NCBI RefSeq assembly: GCF_009914755.1
Contig: NC_060927.1
Source: the human T2T-CHM13v2.0 reference genome, Homo sapiens
Direction: 5' to 3' (one strand)
Length of the DNA: 64,000 bases
Of this stretch, positions 1 to 16,131 are shown in pieces; the stretch's first letter is position 1, and each line of letters opens with the position of its first letter. The notes beneath the pieces are model-generated. The model made no database searches and was not told where the DNA came from. It saw only the letters and a list, made by a program, of their open reading frames with translations. Both the position numbers and the translations under genes were made by a program.

Positions 1-949
1 ATTTTTTGTTGCTATTGTTTTTAGGAATTAACCTGCTCTTCTACCCTACGTGTAAAACAATTTTAATTTGTGTAACCTTTTTTTTGTAATAATGCGGACG
101 TATGGTCATTCATGTGATAAATCATATCTGATTTCTGAAATATAAATCACAAAGAACTTCAAAAATGCAGTTTTCTTGACTTTCTTTAATTTAGTTATGG
201 AGTGTGTTAGGTTTGGTGCTATATAGCCATGTTTGATTTAAAAATATTCATTTATGACACTATTAATTCTGTAAACTCTGGACTTAGATTCAAGTATTAG
301 TTATAAATCAACAAATTAGTAATCTAATATGCCTATCTGCTTATGGATATAAAAGTCATACATTGTATATGATTACATTGTTAGGTTCATGTGGAAAACT
401 CAATACATTTTTGACTTACAGAAGTACTTTATCATTAAGAAATTTTGAAATAATAATATGATATGATGGCCTGAGAAATCTGTGAATCATGTGCAAATAA
501 AGTAGATAAACTAAGCTTTTCAAAAACATGTTTCTGACTGTGTGACATCTTGTGGAGAGGCTTTGGAAGATCTGACAGGGGAATGGCCAATTTGGAGCTT
601 TCAGTAGAAAGGTAAATGTATAAAAGTAGCTGAGATTTGTCACAAATGTTTCCTGCATTTCTCTTTGGAAAACAATGGACTTGAATTGCTGTAATATAAA
701 TAAGAATAAAATATATTTCCAGTGGGGATGAATAGGGATGGATACTAAGTGATGTCCGAGTATCCTTTGATCTGCATAATTCATTTTTTCACATTTTTCT
801 ATATCAATAGTCAAATATTATTGGAGAGAAAAGCAACAGTAAACCTCAGTAAATATATTTTCTTTGCCATTTTCTCTCCACCATTGCTCTTGGGCACATC
901 ATTTTTAGTTTGCTTTATCTGTTAGTTTTTAATAGAGATATGTAAGAAT

Positions 950-1800
950 TGCCTGCTGACTGTGGATTCATTGATATGTCTTTTACATTTTGTCAGTTTT
1001 TGCTTTGTAAATTTTTATCACATTGTGAAGCTCATAATAGCGTATGATTGTTATACATTTGGTGGTTTTTCTCCTTAATTTTAAATTATGTCCTCTTTCT
1101 TTTGCCTAATTTCTTTTCCGTTTGATGTAAAGTTGCTACACCAGCTTTAACTTGGTAGATATTTGTATAGTGTATTTTCCCTCCCTTTTATTTCTAACCA
1201 TTTAGCTGGGATTTGAATTTTTATCAGATAAGACAACATGTCTTGGCCAGGTGTGGTGGCTCACACCTGTAATCCCAGCACTTTGGGAGGCCAAAATGGG
1301 AGGATTACTTGAGCCCAGGAGTTAGAAACCAGCCTGGGCAACATAGTGAGTCCCTGTCTCTAATTCAAACAATCTAAAAAAAAAAAAAAAGATACCATGT
1401 CTTTTAACGTGTGAGTTTAAATGGTTTTACATGTGACAAGACTACTTACAAATTTGGAATCTTCTAACCTCTCGTTTTGTCTTTTGAACTGATTCTTCTT
1501 TTCCTGTGTTTCTTTCATTCCTATCTTTTACTGATTTCATAGAGTTTCAATACTCTTTTTTTTCTTTTTGACGGTCTGTATGCAATTGATTAGTTTTGGT
1601 GGTTATTATTAAATACATAACATACATAATTAGTCATAAATTGTTCTAATAATATTTAATGTTATTCAGTGTTTTCATCTTCCTCTCAAATATGACAAGA
1701 ATTTAGCATTTTTTTAAAACAAATGTTTCTCATTTTTTGTTATTGCCCCACTCCAAACCCAAGGAAGTTTCTCTGAGGCAAAGTCATTTCTACTGGCTGT
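950..1800 (-). mobile_element. Ancient L1 (L1M/L1ME-type) fragment, interrupted by a FLAM
   Basis: Degenerate antisense L1 motifs such as 'gttgctacaccagctttaacttggtagatatttgtatagtgtattttcc'. Boundaries approximate. Confidence 0.5.
1245..1390 (+). mobile_element. Free left Alu monomer (FLAM_C-like)
   Basis: Begins GGCCAGGTGTGGTGGCTCAC, has a single monomer, then an A-tail. TSD aagacaacatgtctt / aagataccatgtctt (2 mismatches). Confidence 0.9.
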
Positions 1801-1841
1801 GTGTGCTTTAAACTTTAATCTTATTATTACACATTGTGTAC

Positions 1842-6007
<4,166 letters not shown>

Positions 6008-6373
6008 AAAGATATCAGATACAAATTTAGCAGCTGAAACCTGTGGCCATCCCTTAGTCTCTCAACTAGGCAGCAGTGAAAACACTATGCAGTAAGAAAA
6101 AGAACTAATCTTGTGTGCAGAAAGCAAAAAATTTAAAAATACACAGATTATTTTCAATGTTCTCTACTGCTAGCACTACAATCCCTTATTCCATTCCTCA
6201 GATCCTGAGACACCCAATGACTTCATTAGAGAGAGTCCTTCTTGCTTAACCTAAACTCAGTTGAGTTTTCATCATTTGCAGCCAAAAGAATTCTAAAGAA
6301 CACAGACATTATTTGTTTACATATAATTTGTTTTCCCTTCCTATCAAATAATGTTTTCTCCATAGATGGGGAG

Positions 6374-6440
6374 CACACACCACACACACACATGCACACA
6401 TACAGATGCATGCACGCACACACACACACACACACACACA
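6374..6440. repeat. Interrupted (CA)n microsatellite
   Basis: Read directly from the sequence. Confidence 0.95.
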
Positions 6441-7065
6441 TATTATGAGAAGTAATTTCTCACACTGGCTGGAAATCTTGACATTTAGAGTTCAAATTAC
6501 TAAATTGAGACTTTTATTCTTTTGGGGATGATAGAGAGACAATAGAAGACTCAATAAGGCACAAGACATTTTTTAAATATTCATAATGTGATGTGACTTG
6601 AAATATCAATAAGTGGAGACGGATTTTGGAGGAAACTGGCAATGATATTAAAGCAATGACTTGTATCCACTTACGTCTTTATAAAAATTTTCCTTTAGAA
6701 TGACTCTTGTGATTTTTTCTGCTTTGATCCTGGGATAAAACTTATTTCTGAGATCTACTATCCAGAAGAACTTCTGGATTTTTAACATTATTCCATTTTT
6801 CTAAAGTGTCACAATAATCAGGGGAGGAGGGTAAAAATTATTGAAGATTCTGGCCCATAATATACAATCGGTCATATTTTGGCTAATGAGTGCATGGATG
6901 ATTAGATAATCTAATTAAGTTGATATGTACTGTAAATCTCATAGTTTGACTTTCACATCAAGGGACATTTTTTTCTTGTGTGTTAATATCAATCCTGTAT
7001 TTATATTTATAGAACATAAAATTGCAGCATTTTAAACTTATAATTGTTTGCCCTGGACTCTTAGA

Positions 7066-7237
7066 TCCTCGTTACTTGAGGTGTGCTCCGGAGATCAGCA
7101 ACAGTCACATCATTTGCAACATTTTGGGACTGGTTAAAGTATAGATCTCAGTCTCATCCCTGACAGCTGAATAAGAATCTGTATTTGAAATAAACCCCCA
7201 AGTGTTCTGAAGCACATTAAAGTTAAAGAGGCTTTGC
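7066..7237. mobile_element. MER5A-like hAT-Charlie non-autonomous DNA transposon
   Basis: 'gtgtgctccggagatcagcaacag...ctgaataagaatctgtattt...ttctgaagcacattaaagtt' resembles the MER5A consensus. Confidence 0.6.
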
Positions 7238-8399
7238 AACACATGACACATTTTTTATGTTGTTTTGAAATTATGAAATATAATAAACCTAACCTTGATA
7301 AAATGTCGTGTTATGTTTTCCACTTAAGCTGCATAGTTTTTTTCATGCCACAGATATTAATGACTAATTTGCTGTGCTAAATCACAGGAATTGGTAATCA
7401 AATGAGAATGGCTTTAAACCTATACTTTGATGAAATTGACATTTAAAAATATAGTAAACGTTTTTTTAAAGCAATAATGCAGAAGTATGGGGCATCATTT
7501 AGTTTTATGTTATGGGCTTTTTTTGCAGAAAAAGTATGATTTCTAAATTAAATGTATTTTAGAGATCTACAAAGCTACCAGATGTATTGATTCTTATGTT
7601 TGTTGGTGTTTTCATATAACATTGATATTATTCAGAGCACACCAGTTGGCTAGAAAATTTTAGGGTTTATTTCATTGGCAATATCATATTATCTCTTGAT
7701 ACTAATTGGTATTAAATTCAGAAAAATCACCAACTGCATTAGCAGTTGTGCATGAATATCTGAGTATGCTGTTATTTCAAATCTGGAAGTCATTGTAAGG
7801 ACATCTTTTTTTTAGAATTTAAGTTAATATTGTGCTACATGACTGTTTGTAGCATTGAAGGGGAACTAATCTTTATCAATCATTTAATTACAATGAATTA
7901 AAGTATATATGTAATTACCTACATTTTATTAAAATTGGACATATTTATAAGGAATTCTAGGTGAAATATTAGTCTTAGCATTATGTGAACTGGACTCTGA
8001 TTACACAGAACTTCCCAATGCATCTTTGTACTGCACCAAATTAACTCTAGACTCCTAAGCCCTTTACAGCTTGATGAAGCAAAAATTCTTCTGATAATTA
8101 AATCCAAGGGGAATTTTACTACATTCTTATTTTTCCACAAAAATAACTAAGAAGTTCTTTTAACACGAACAAATTCTTTCAAGAAATATTTATTGAGTCC
8201 CTCTATGAAGAACATAATTCAGATTAGCAGGTGGGAAAAAACAAATCACAAAACAACTGTCTCTTTCCTGTATAGTCCATAAGCAGAATATGTACATATA
8301 CATCTGTCTTTGGGCGTGTGACCATCATTGAAGAGAAAGGCTAATCATTTCATCTTATTTTAAAATATATTTCAAGTTCTCTATATGATTTTTAAATAA

Positions 8400-8615
8400 G
8401 TTGTAGGCCTTACTAAGCACTGATATTATGCTAGCAAATTTAGTAAGCATTCAATTTTATTATCTCATTGAATGTATTAAAAATTTGATGAACTGTATAG
8501 TATGTGTTGTTAATCCCATTTTGCACATCAGAAAACAGAGGCTCTGCAAGCTTTTGGCTATCTTGTTCAAGATCACAGAAATAGTCAGTTGTGGATCCAG
8601 AAATTATAGCCATCC
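8400..8615 (-). mobile_element. MIR SINE
   Basis: Core 'cccattttgcacatcagaaaacagaggctc...cttgttcaagatcacag'. Confidence 0.75.
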
Positions 8616-10070
8616 TTCAGAGTGTATGTGTATCGAGTTTATTGTAAGCTTCTGATTATGTTGAATAACAATGAATAAGCACTAAATAAGGAAACCTTTA
8701 CAAACAGCATAAGAAGGCTCATCTTGAGGACACTGCCCTTAGACACAGTAGCACAGAACTACCATCAAAAGGGTGAAATAATTTACATGGAATCCTAGTG
8801 CTTGTCAACAAGCACAGGTTTTCTATTTTTGCCTCCACTGACAGAGAGGATGAGTTTTAGTACAGACAATGCCAGTCTGCTAGTACAACCTACTGTCCTG
8901 TGACAGCACAAAAATTAACTTATCCAAAAGGATAGAAAATGAAAAGAAAGTTTGAGTCCGCTTATCATGTGTGCCAGAGTGTGACCACAGTCGTTGTTTA
9001 CCATTCCCCTCTCTCACTGTAATTTTTTTCCCACTGGATGCCTCTGAGTATTACTTTCCAACTTGATGATATTTCTTGGAAAAATAGCACCCTGGCAGGC
9101 CAAAGTTAGAGAAGTCCAGTTGGTACCTGACACTCACTTTTTTTTCTTTTTTTCATTCCACACCCAACCTTTCAAGAGAGAAATGCAAGGCAGGCAAACT
9201 GGTGAGTCCCCTGAAGGCCCTTGAAGTGACTAATGTACACTCTATTTTGCAATCACATGGGGCCTGTGAAAGCACGTGGGGCCTGTGACTATTTTTATCT
9301 AACTGGGTTAGAGTTGGACTCCCCATAGACCCAAAAGTATAGGAATCTAGATCATCATTTAGGAGGTAGCTTCGATTGAAATGCTGGAGGCTTGAACAGG
9401 AGTCCTCTTGGTAACAAAGAAATGAAAGGCTCCTATCTTGAGTTCTGCATGGAAGACTCCCTCTTACACTTTTTACTGTTGTTTTCAACTAATACAAGGA
9501 CTACTGATTTTTCTTTTTATATTAAAGTTACACTTGGCCTAAAGTTTTATATTTGTGAGTAGTTTCTACAATTTTGCACAGTTTAATATGTTATGTATTT
9601 AGTCTCAATTATCACTCTCCACCTCCTACTTGTAATACATTTGTAACTGGTAGGAACTAGTTCATTTAAACCGTATTAATCACACTCTGTCTGAATTAAT
9701 ATTTGTTAGCACTGATTATACTGATGGCTACTTCACATTTATACTTCACCTCCCCTCCCTTTTTGCCAGCTACCATAAACCCAGCTGTATTTTATTCTAA
9801 AAGAAAAAAGAAAGAAAAAAATCTGGGCCCAGAGCTAAGTGTCAAAGATAATAGAAACAAAGTGCTGAGATTTTTCCTGGTGGAATAATGGACACTTTTC
9901 TTACACAGACTCTTTATAAAGTGACATGTTTATTTAGTTTCTGAGCAGTAATGAAATGATCAAAACAGTATTGCAATTTATAAAGTATAATACTTGGACA
10001 TACCAAGCCTTTTATTCTCTCAAGTCCCCTCGCAGAAATGACAAACACAAAGGCTAGGTCAGTTACTATT

Positions 10071-10287
10071 CAGTAGTGCATCAGAGCTGGCTTGTATATT
10101 ACTGGTGTCTCATCCCAATTCCTTGTTAATGATGTCACCTTGTTGACTGGGAAAAAAAGGCATAGTAGGAGTTATTTGCTCTACAGGAGTAAGTAAATGC
10201 TACAAATTAGGGCTCCCTTTCTCACCTCTCCTCCTGGAAGGGAGCAATAATGCTCCTCATTGTTGAGCATTTACCAGTGCACCATTG
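10071..10287. mobile_element. MER63-like hAT DNA transposon
   Basis: Terminal inverted repeats cagtagtgca / tgcaccattg, and internal 'aaatgctacaaattagggct'. Confidence 0.7.
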
Positions 10288-10659
10288 CCTATGACCATAT
10301 CACGCTTGCTGTCTTGTATCATCAGCACTAGTTCTTCCTTAACAAATGCATGCCATTATGCACAAGTCTAACCAAACATACACTCAGAATGACTGCAAAT
10401 TCATTGGAAAACATCCAACACAAAGCTCACACTTGGTATTTTTTGGCTTCCTTGGGCACAAATTAGGATCTCAGGCAATATTTGCTGAGTGAATAAATTG
10501 GCATATATAATAAAATAAAAGCCTTATCTATTTGCATATTTACCACCATCTTCAGAAACAGATGCATTTCATGTAGACTAACTCTGTCAGTAACCATAGC
10601 ATGCTAGTCTATAATCATTGTTGGAAAGTTTCACAGGATAAAATAAAAAGTTATTGAAA

Positions 10660-10880
10660 AGGGAGTACTGAACTCAAAATCAAACTGAACTACTTGCTAA
10701 ATTTGGGATATTAGTAGAGTTATTCATATTTTATACATTTTATTTTCTCATCTGAAACTGTAGACAATAATATCTACCATGGGTTTATTATGAGGATTCA
10801 AGTAATATTTAGCACGTAATCTGTATTCAAAAATTGCAATAGACACTGCCGATACACAACAATAACACTTGCTATTTTTA
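10660..10880 (+). mobile_element. MIR SINE
   Basis: 'ttttctcatctgaaactgtagacaataatatctacc...atgaggattcaa'. Confidence 0.65.
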
Positions 10881-11162
10881 CATTTATTATCTTCTTAAAT
10901 ATAGTCTGCTGAGGATCACTGATGTTTCTAAACATCATGTGACTGGAATAAAAAATAACATAAGATTTTCCAGATATGAAGTCACTGGTAATTCATTGAA
11001 CAACACTGAATATAAATTTCAACGATTGGGATCTTTCATTGAGTCACAGAATTCAAGTAGGTATGGCCTAAGCATTTACTTTACAAAATAGTAAGATGTA
11101 CTTTTAATTGTCTAGCTGAAGTTTGCTATTAAATTTACCTAAATAAGAGATTTAAATTAATG

Positions 11163-11475
<313 letters not shown>

Positions 11476-11685
11476 TAAGAGCAGAGAAAAGCAATTTCCT
11501 AAATATCAAAGAACTAAAAACAGGCATTTTTTGGCCTTTGATGTTACCCTCAAGGAAATAGGTGATAATACAATAATTTTACTCTAAAATAATGATTCTC
11601 AAACATTAGAGAGCAGAAAAATCACCAGAGAAGCCTGTGGGGAAAAGTGCAGATTATTCACATTCCTTCTACTGCCTTCCTATCC

Positions 11686-11810
11686 AGGGAGGGAGAGTAG
11701 AGAAGGAAGAAGGGAAGGAGAAGAGAGAGGAAGGAAAGGGAGAGAGGAAAGAATGAGTGAGAGGAAAGGAGGGAGGGAGATAAAAAAAGGGAGGGAGGAA
11801 GAAAAGGAAA
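11686..11810. repeat. GA-rich polypurine low-complexity tract
   Basis: Almost pure A/G run. Confidence 0.85.
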
Positions 11811-12703
11811 TAGGTGACTATTTCCCAAAGAGATTAATGTTTACATCAGTCTCCTATTTTTTTTTTGAGTCTTGGGATTTGAAAAATACATTGGGATTTA
11901 AAGTGATGTCATTCAGATAGATTTATCTCTTAAGGTATATCGGCTTATTTGAAATGGTATCATTAAGTTAAAATGAAATTAAGTCAAATATGATTTTCCA
12001 CATCCACGTTCCAGGCCACATAATGAAATAAGAATAGCACCAGCTTTAATCAAATGCAGGTGATATAACTGTACAACAGAAAGCCTTCAGAAGGGATGTA
12101 GATTGGTGAAGCTATGCCACAGAGTCACCAATGATACAAAATTGCACTTGATACAGTCCTGCATCCCAGGGTGCCCTGTAAAATTATTATGCTCTTCATA
12201 ACTCATATCCCTTTATTAATGTAACACGGCATAAAAAAGGCAAAACCAGTGGTATCCTGGAAGTCAGAAGGACTACACTCCTTGCAGAAATCTGTCACTA
12301 GCATGACTTTAGGTAACGATGGCATAATAAGAATTCCCTAATAGTTTTTTGACTTATAAATGTCTTTCTTGATCTTTTTGTTCTTACTATTAGTTTTTAT
12401 GGACCAAGTTATCTGCATTAAAGGTCAATTTCTTGGTCCTTCTGCTAAATTGTAAGCAAATGTTTTTGCTTTTTAAGCCTAGTAATTTATCAAGAATAGC
12501 AGCTATACACCATGTACCATGAGTGGATATATAGCTGCTTTGAAAGTGTGCAAACTGACACATATTTGCTTCAAAGTTTTAAATCCTTGATTTTTTATGA
12601 GAGTAAAATTTTAGGCTTGAATAGTGGTCAGATTTAGAAGCACTGGACTGAATTTTGTCTTAACTCCAGAATCCAAAAATTATTCTTTCTATAAAAGACT
12701 TTA

Positions 12704-14179
12704 CAGTCATGTGTCACATAACAGTATTCAGGTCAATGATGGACCACAGGTACAACAGTGGTTTCATAAGATTATAATGGAGCTAAAAATTCCTATCACT
12801 TAGTGACGTTGTAGTTGTCGTAGCACAAAACATTACTCGCATCTTTGTGGTGATGCTGGCATGAACAAACCTACTGTACTGACAGTCCTATAAAAGTCTA
12901 GCACATGGAATTAGTACATACTACCAGAGAATGATTATAAACACCTGTGTTACTGGTTCGTGTATTTATGATACTCCATTTTTTATCATTATTTTGGAGT
13001 ATATTGCTTCTACTTATGTAAAAAAGTTAACCGTAAAACAGGCTTAGACAGGCACTTCAGGAGGTATTCTAGAAGAAAGCATTGCCATCATAGTGGATGA
13101 TAGCTCCATGTATGTTATTGCCCCGGGAGACCTTCCAGTGGGGCAAAATGTGGAGGTGGAAGACAGTGATATTGATGATCCTGACCTTCTGTGGGCCTCA
13201 GCTAATGTGTGTGTTTGTGTCTTAGCTTTTAATAAAAAAGTTTAGAAAGAAAAAAGTAGAAAAATGCTTATAGAATAAGGATATAAAGAAATATAATTTT
13301 TTGTACAGCTGCACAATATATTTATGTTTTAAGCTAAATGTTATTATAAGAATAAAAAAGTTAAAAAACTTATAAAGTAAAAATGTTACAGTGAGCAAAG
13401 GTTAGTTTATTATTACAGAGAATTTTTTTTTATTTTTTTGAGAGGAAGTCTTGCTCTGTCGCCCAGGCTAGAGTGCAGTGGCGCGATCTTGGCTCGCTGC
13501 AACCTCAGCCTCTGGAGTTCAAATGATTCTGCTGTCTCAGCCTCCTGAATAGCTGGGATTACAGGCGCATGTTGCCAGGCCCGGCTAATTTTTGTATTTT
13601 AGTAGAGACGGGGTTTCACCATGTTGCTCAGGCTGGTCTCGAACTCTTGAGCTCAGGCAATCCGCCCATCTCGGCCTCCCAAAGTGCTAGGATTACTGGC
13701 ATGAACCACTGCGCCTGGCCAATATTTTGTATAAATGTAAAGTAGCCTACGTGTACAGTGTTTATAAAGTCTGAAGTAGTGTACAGTAATGTCCTAGGCC
13801 CTCACATTCACTTACCACTCACTCACTGACTCACCCAGAGCAACTTCCAGTCCTGCAAGTTCTATTGAATGGTAAGTGCCCTATACGGTGTACCATTTTT
13901 AATCTTTTATACCATATTTTAGTGTACCTTTTTACGTTTAGATACGTTGAGATACATAATGTAGTCCCTGTGTTACACTGACCTACAGTAGTTAGCTCAG
14001 TAACGTGCTCTACAGGTTGACAGCGTAGGAGCAATAGGCTACACCATCTAGCTTAGGTGTATAGTAGGCTACACCATCTAGGTTTGCCTAAGTACACTCT
14101 ATAACGTTTGTACAATGCTGAAATAAGCTAAGGATCCATTTCTCAGAATGCATCCCCATCATTAAGTGACGCAAAACTG
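12704..14179. mobile_element. Tigger3 (Tigger3b/MER7-type) non-autonomous TcMar DNA transposon, split by an Alu
   Basis: Ends cagtcatgtgtcacataac ... attaagtgacgcaaaactg, with TA on both sides (12702-3 and 14180-1). Internal 'gaccttccagtggggcaaaatgtggaggtggaagacagtgatattgatgatcc'. Confidence 0.9.
13423..13720 (-). mobile_element. AluS inserted in Tigger3
   Basis: Full antisense dimer ending gcgcctggcc. Confidence 0.96.
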
Positions 14180-14312
14180 TATTTTAAAAATAATATAATA
14201 GTGGATCCCAAATCTCATCAGTGAATCATCTTCTAGTGCATTAAAATGTAAATATACTTCATGACTACCGATTAACATAATTGATATTACAGAAACAAAC
14301 ATATCGGAGTCA

Positions 14313-14600
14313 TGTGTCGGTCAGAATTCAGACAGGATACAGAAACTATTCTAAGCATTTCAAGCAGATAATTCAATACATGGATTTGATGACACAAGCA
14401 ACATAAAAGCTTACAAAGTCAAAAAGAGAATGAGGAAGCAACACAGAAGTTAGCAACAGCAGACTCAGCTCCCATCCCTAGGGCTGGAGAGATAGAAGAA
14501 ATGGATTGTATCAGACCCCAGAGAGCTGTTCAGTTGCTGCTTGATGGGAGTTGCAACCACCCAGGGGTGCAGACGTTGCCTGTAAACATGCCCAAGGCAC
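14313..14600 (-). mobile_element. Old ERVL LTR fragment (LTR33-like)
   Basis: 'tgtgtcggtcagaattcagacaggatacagaaactattctaagcatttcaagcaga' resembles an antisense ERVL LTR 3' end. Confidence 0.45.
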
Positions 14601-15291
14601 AGCAAAGTGGGAAAGAAGGACCCTGACTTCTCCCTTCTGCTTTTCAAAAGTGTGGGGAATGCGTCTGAGAATTAAATAGTCAAAGAATGGCACAAATAGC
14701 ATGTCTACATATGTGTTGTTCCTTAAAGCTGTCCTCTTGCAAGATTTCACATTCACTCAAATGTTGATTCCATTGCACAATATATTTTTATATCTTCACT
14801 TTTAGGGTTTTTGCTACCCGCAAAAGAAAATCTGTCTTTCCTAGAGTCCATGAATAGCGTAAGTTCATTTATGTCCTGGCTCACTGTTATAATTACTGCG
14901 CATGTTAACATGACTGTAATTTGCCTGTGCTATAAGATGTGAATCACCAGATGTTGACTGCCAGAAGATGAGATCTGTCTGTGCTAGAAAGTTTCAAGAG
15001 CTTTCCCATCAGGGAAATTAAGGATCATGTACTTTGGACTGTATTTGCTTATCACACAATTTGAGAAAGCTCAAATTGTGTGATAGGCAAATAAAAATGT
15101 ATAACACTGTTAGTTTTAAACTACTAATCTTTAATGGTTCTTGAATCAGGACTTTAAGGCCAGTTAATGGTGGCATAGGGAGAATGCTAAGATTTGTCGA
15201 GTACCTACTATGTACTGGACTCTATATAGATAGCTTGCATGCATTATCTTACAATTATCTTACAATATTACAAGATAGGCATGATTTTTAG

Positions 15292-15606
15292 TTTCTTTCT
15301 TTCTTTCTTTTTCTTTTTTGTTTGACCAAGTCTCACTTTATCACCAAGCTGGAGTACAGTGGGCCAATCACAGCCCACTGGAGCCTCAGCCTCGGCTTCC
15401 TGGGCTCAAGCCATCCTCCCACCTCAGCCCCCCAGTTAGCAGGGACTACAGCATGTGCCACCAGGCCTGGCTATTTTTGTATTTTCAGAAGAGACAGGGT
15501 TTCACCATGGTGCCCAGGCTGGTCTGGAACTCCTGGACTCAAGTGACACACTCACCTCCTCTTTCCAAAATGCTAGGATTACAAGCATGAGCCACTGTGC
15601 CCAGCC
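15292..15606 (-). mobile_element. AluJ inserted in a MIR relic
   Basis: J-type 'cctgggctcaagccatcctcccacctcagcc'. TSD aggcatgattttta / aggtattattttta. Confidence 0.93.
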
Positions 15607-15648
15607 AGGTATTATTTTTAATGGTCTCTAATATCCATGCTCTCTTCC

Positions 15649-16131
15649 ATATATATATATATAATTATATATAATATATTTTATATATATTATATATTAT
15701 ATATTATATATATTTTATAATATATTATATATAATATATTATATATATTTTATATATTATATATATTTTATATATATTATATATTATATATTATATATAT
15801 TTTATATATAATATATATTATATATATTTTATATATAATATATATTATATATATTTTATATATAATATATATTATATATATTTTATATATAATATATATA
15901 TTATATATATTTTATATATATAATATATATTATATATATTTTATATATATAATATATATTATATATATTATATATATATAAAATATATAATATATATAAT
16001 ATATATAATATATATATTATATATATAAAATATATATAATATATATAATATATATTTTATATATATTATATATATTATATATATTTTATATATATAATAT
16101 ATATATTATATATATTATATATATATATAAT
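15649..16131. repeat. Pure-AT (TA)n-derived minisatellite containing a perfect palindrome
   Basis: About 480 bp with no G or C, built from ~26-30 bp higher-order units. 15990-16055 is the reverse complement of 16059-16124. Confidence 0.97.

Noticed and set aside
416-814. 132-aa minus-strand ORF
   Set aside because: Non-ATG start, no recognisable domain, and composition typical of AT-rich non-coding DNA.
14035-14081. Direct repeat taggctacaccatctag x2
   Set aside because: Intrinsic to the Tigger3 consensus as I recall it.
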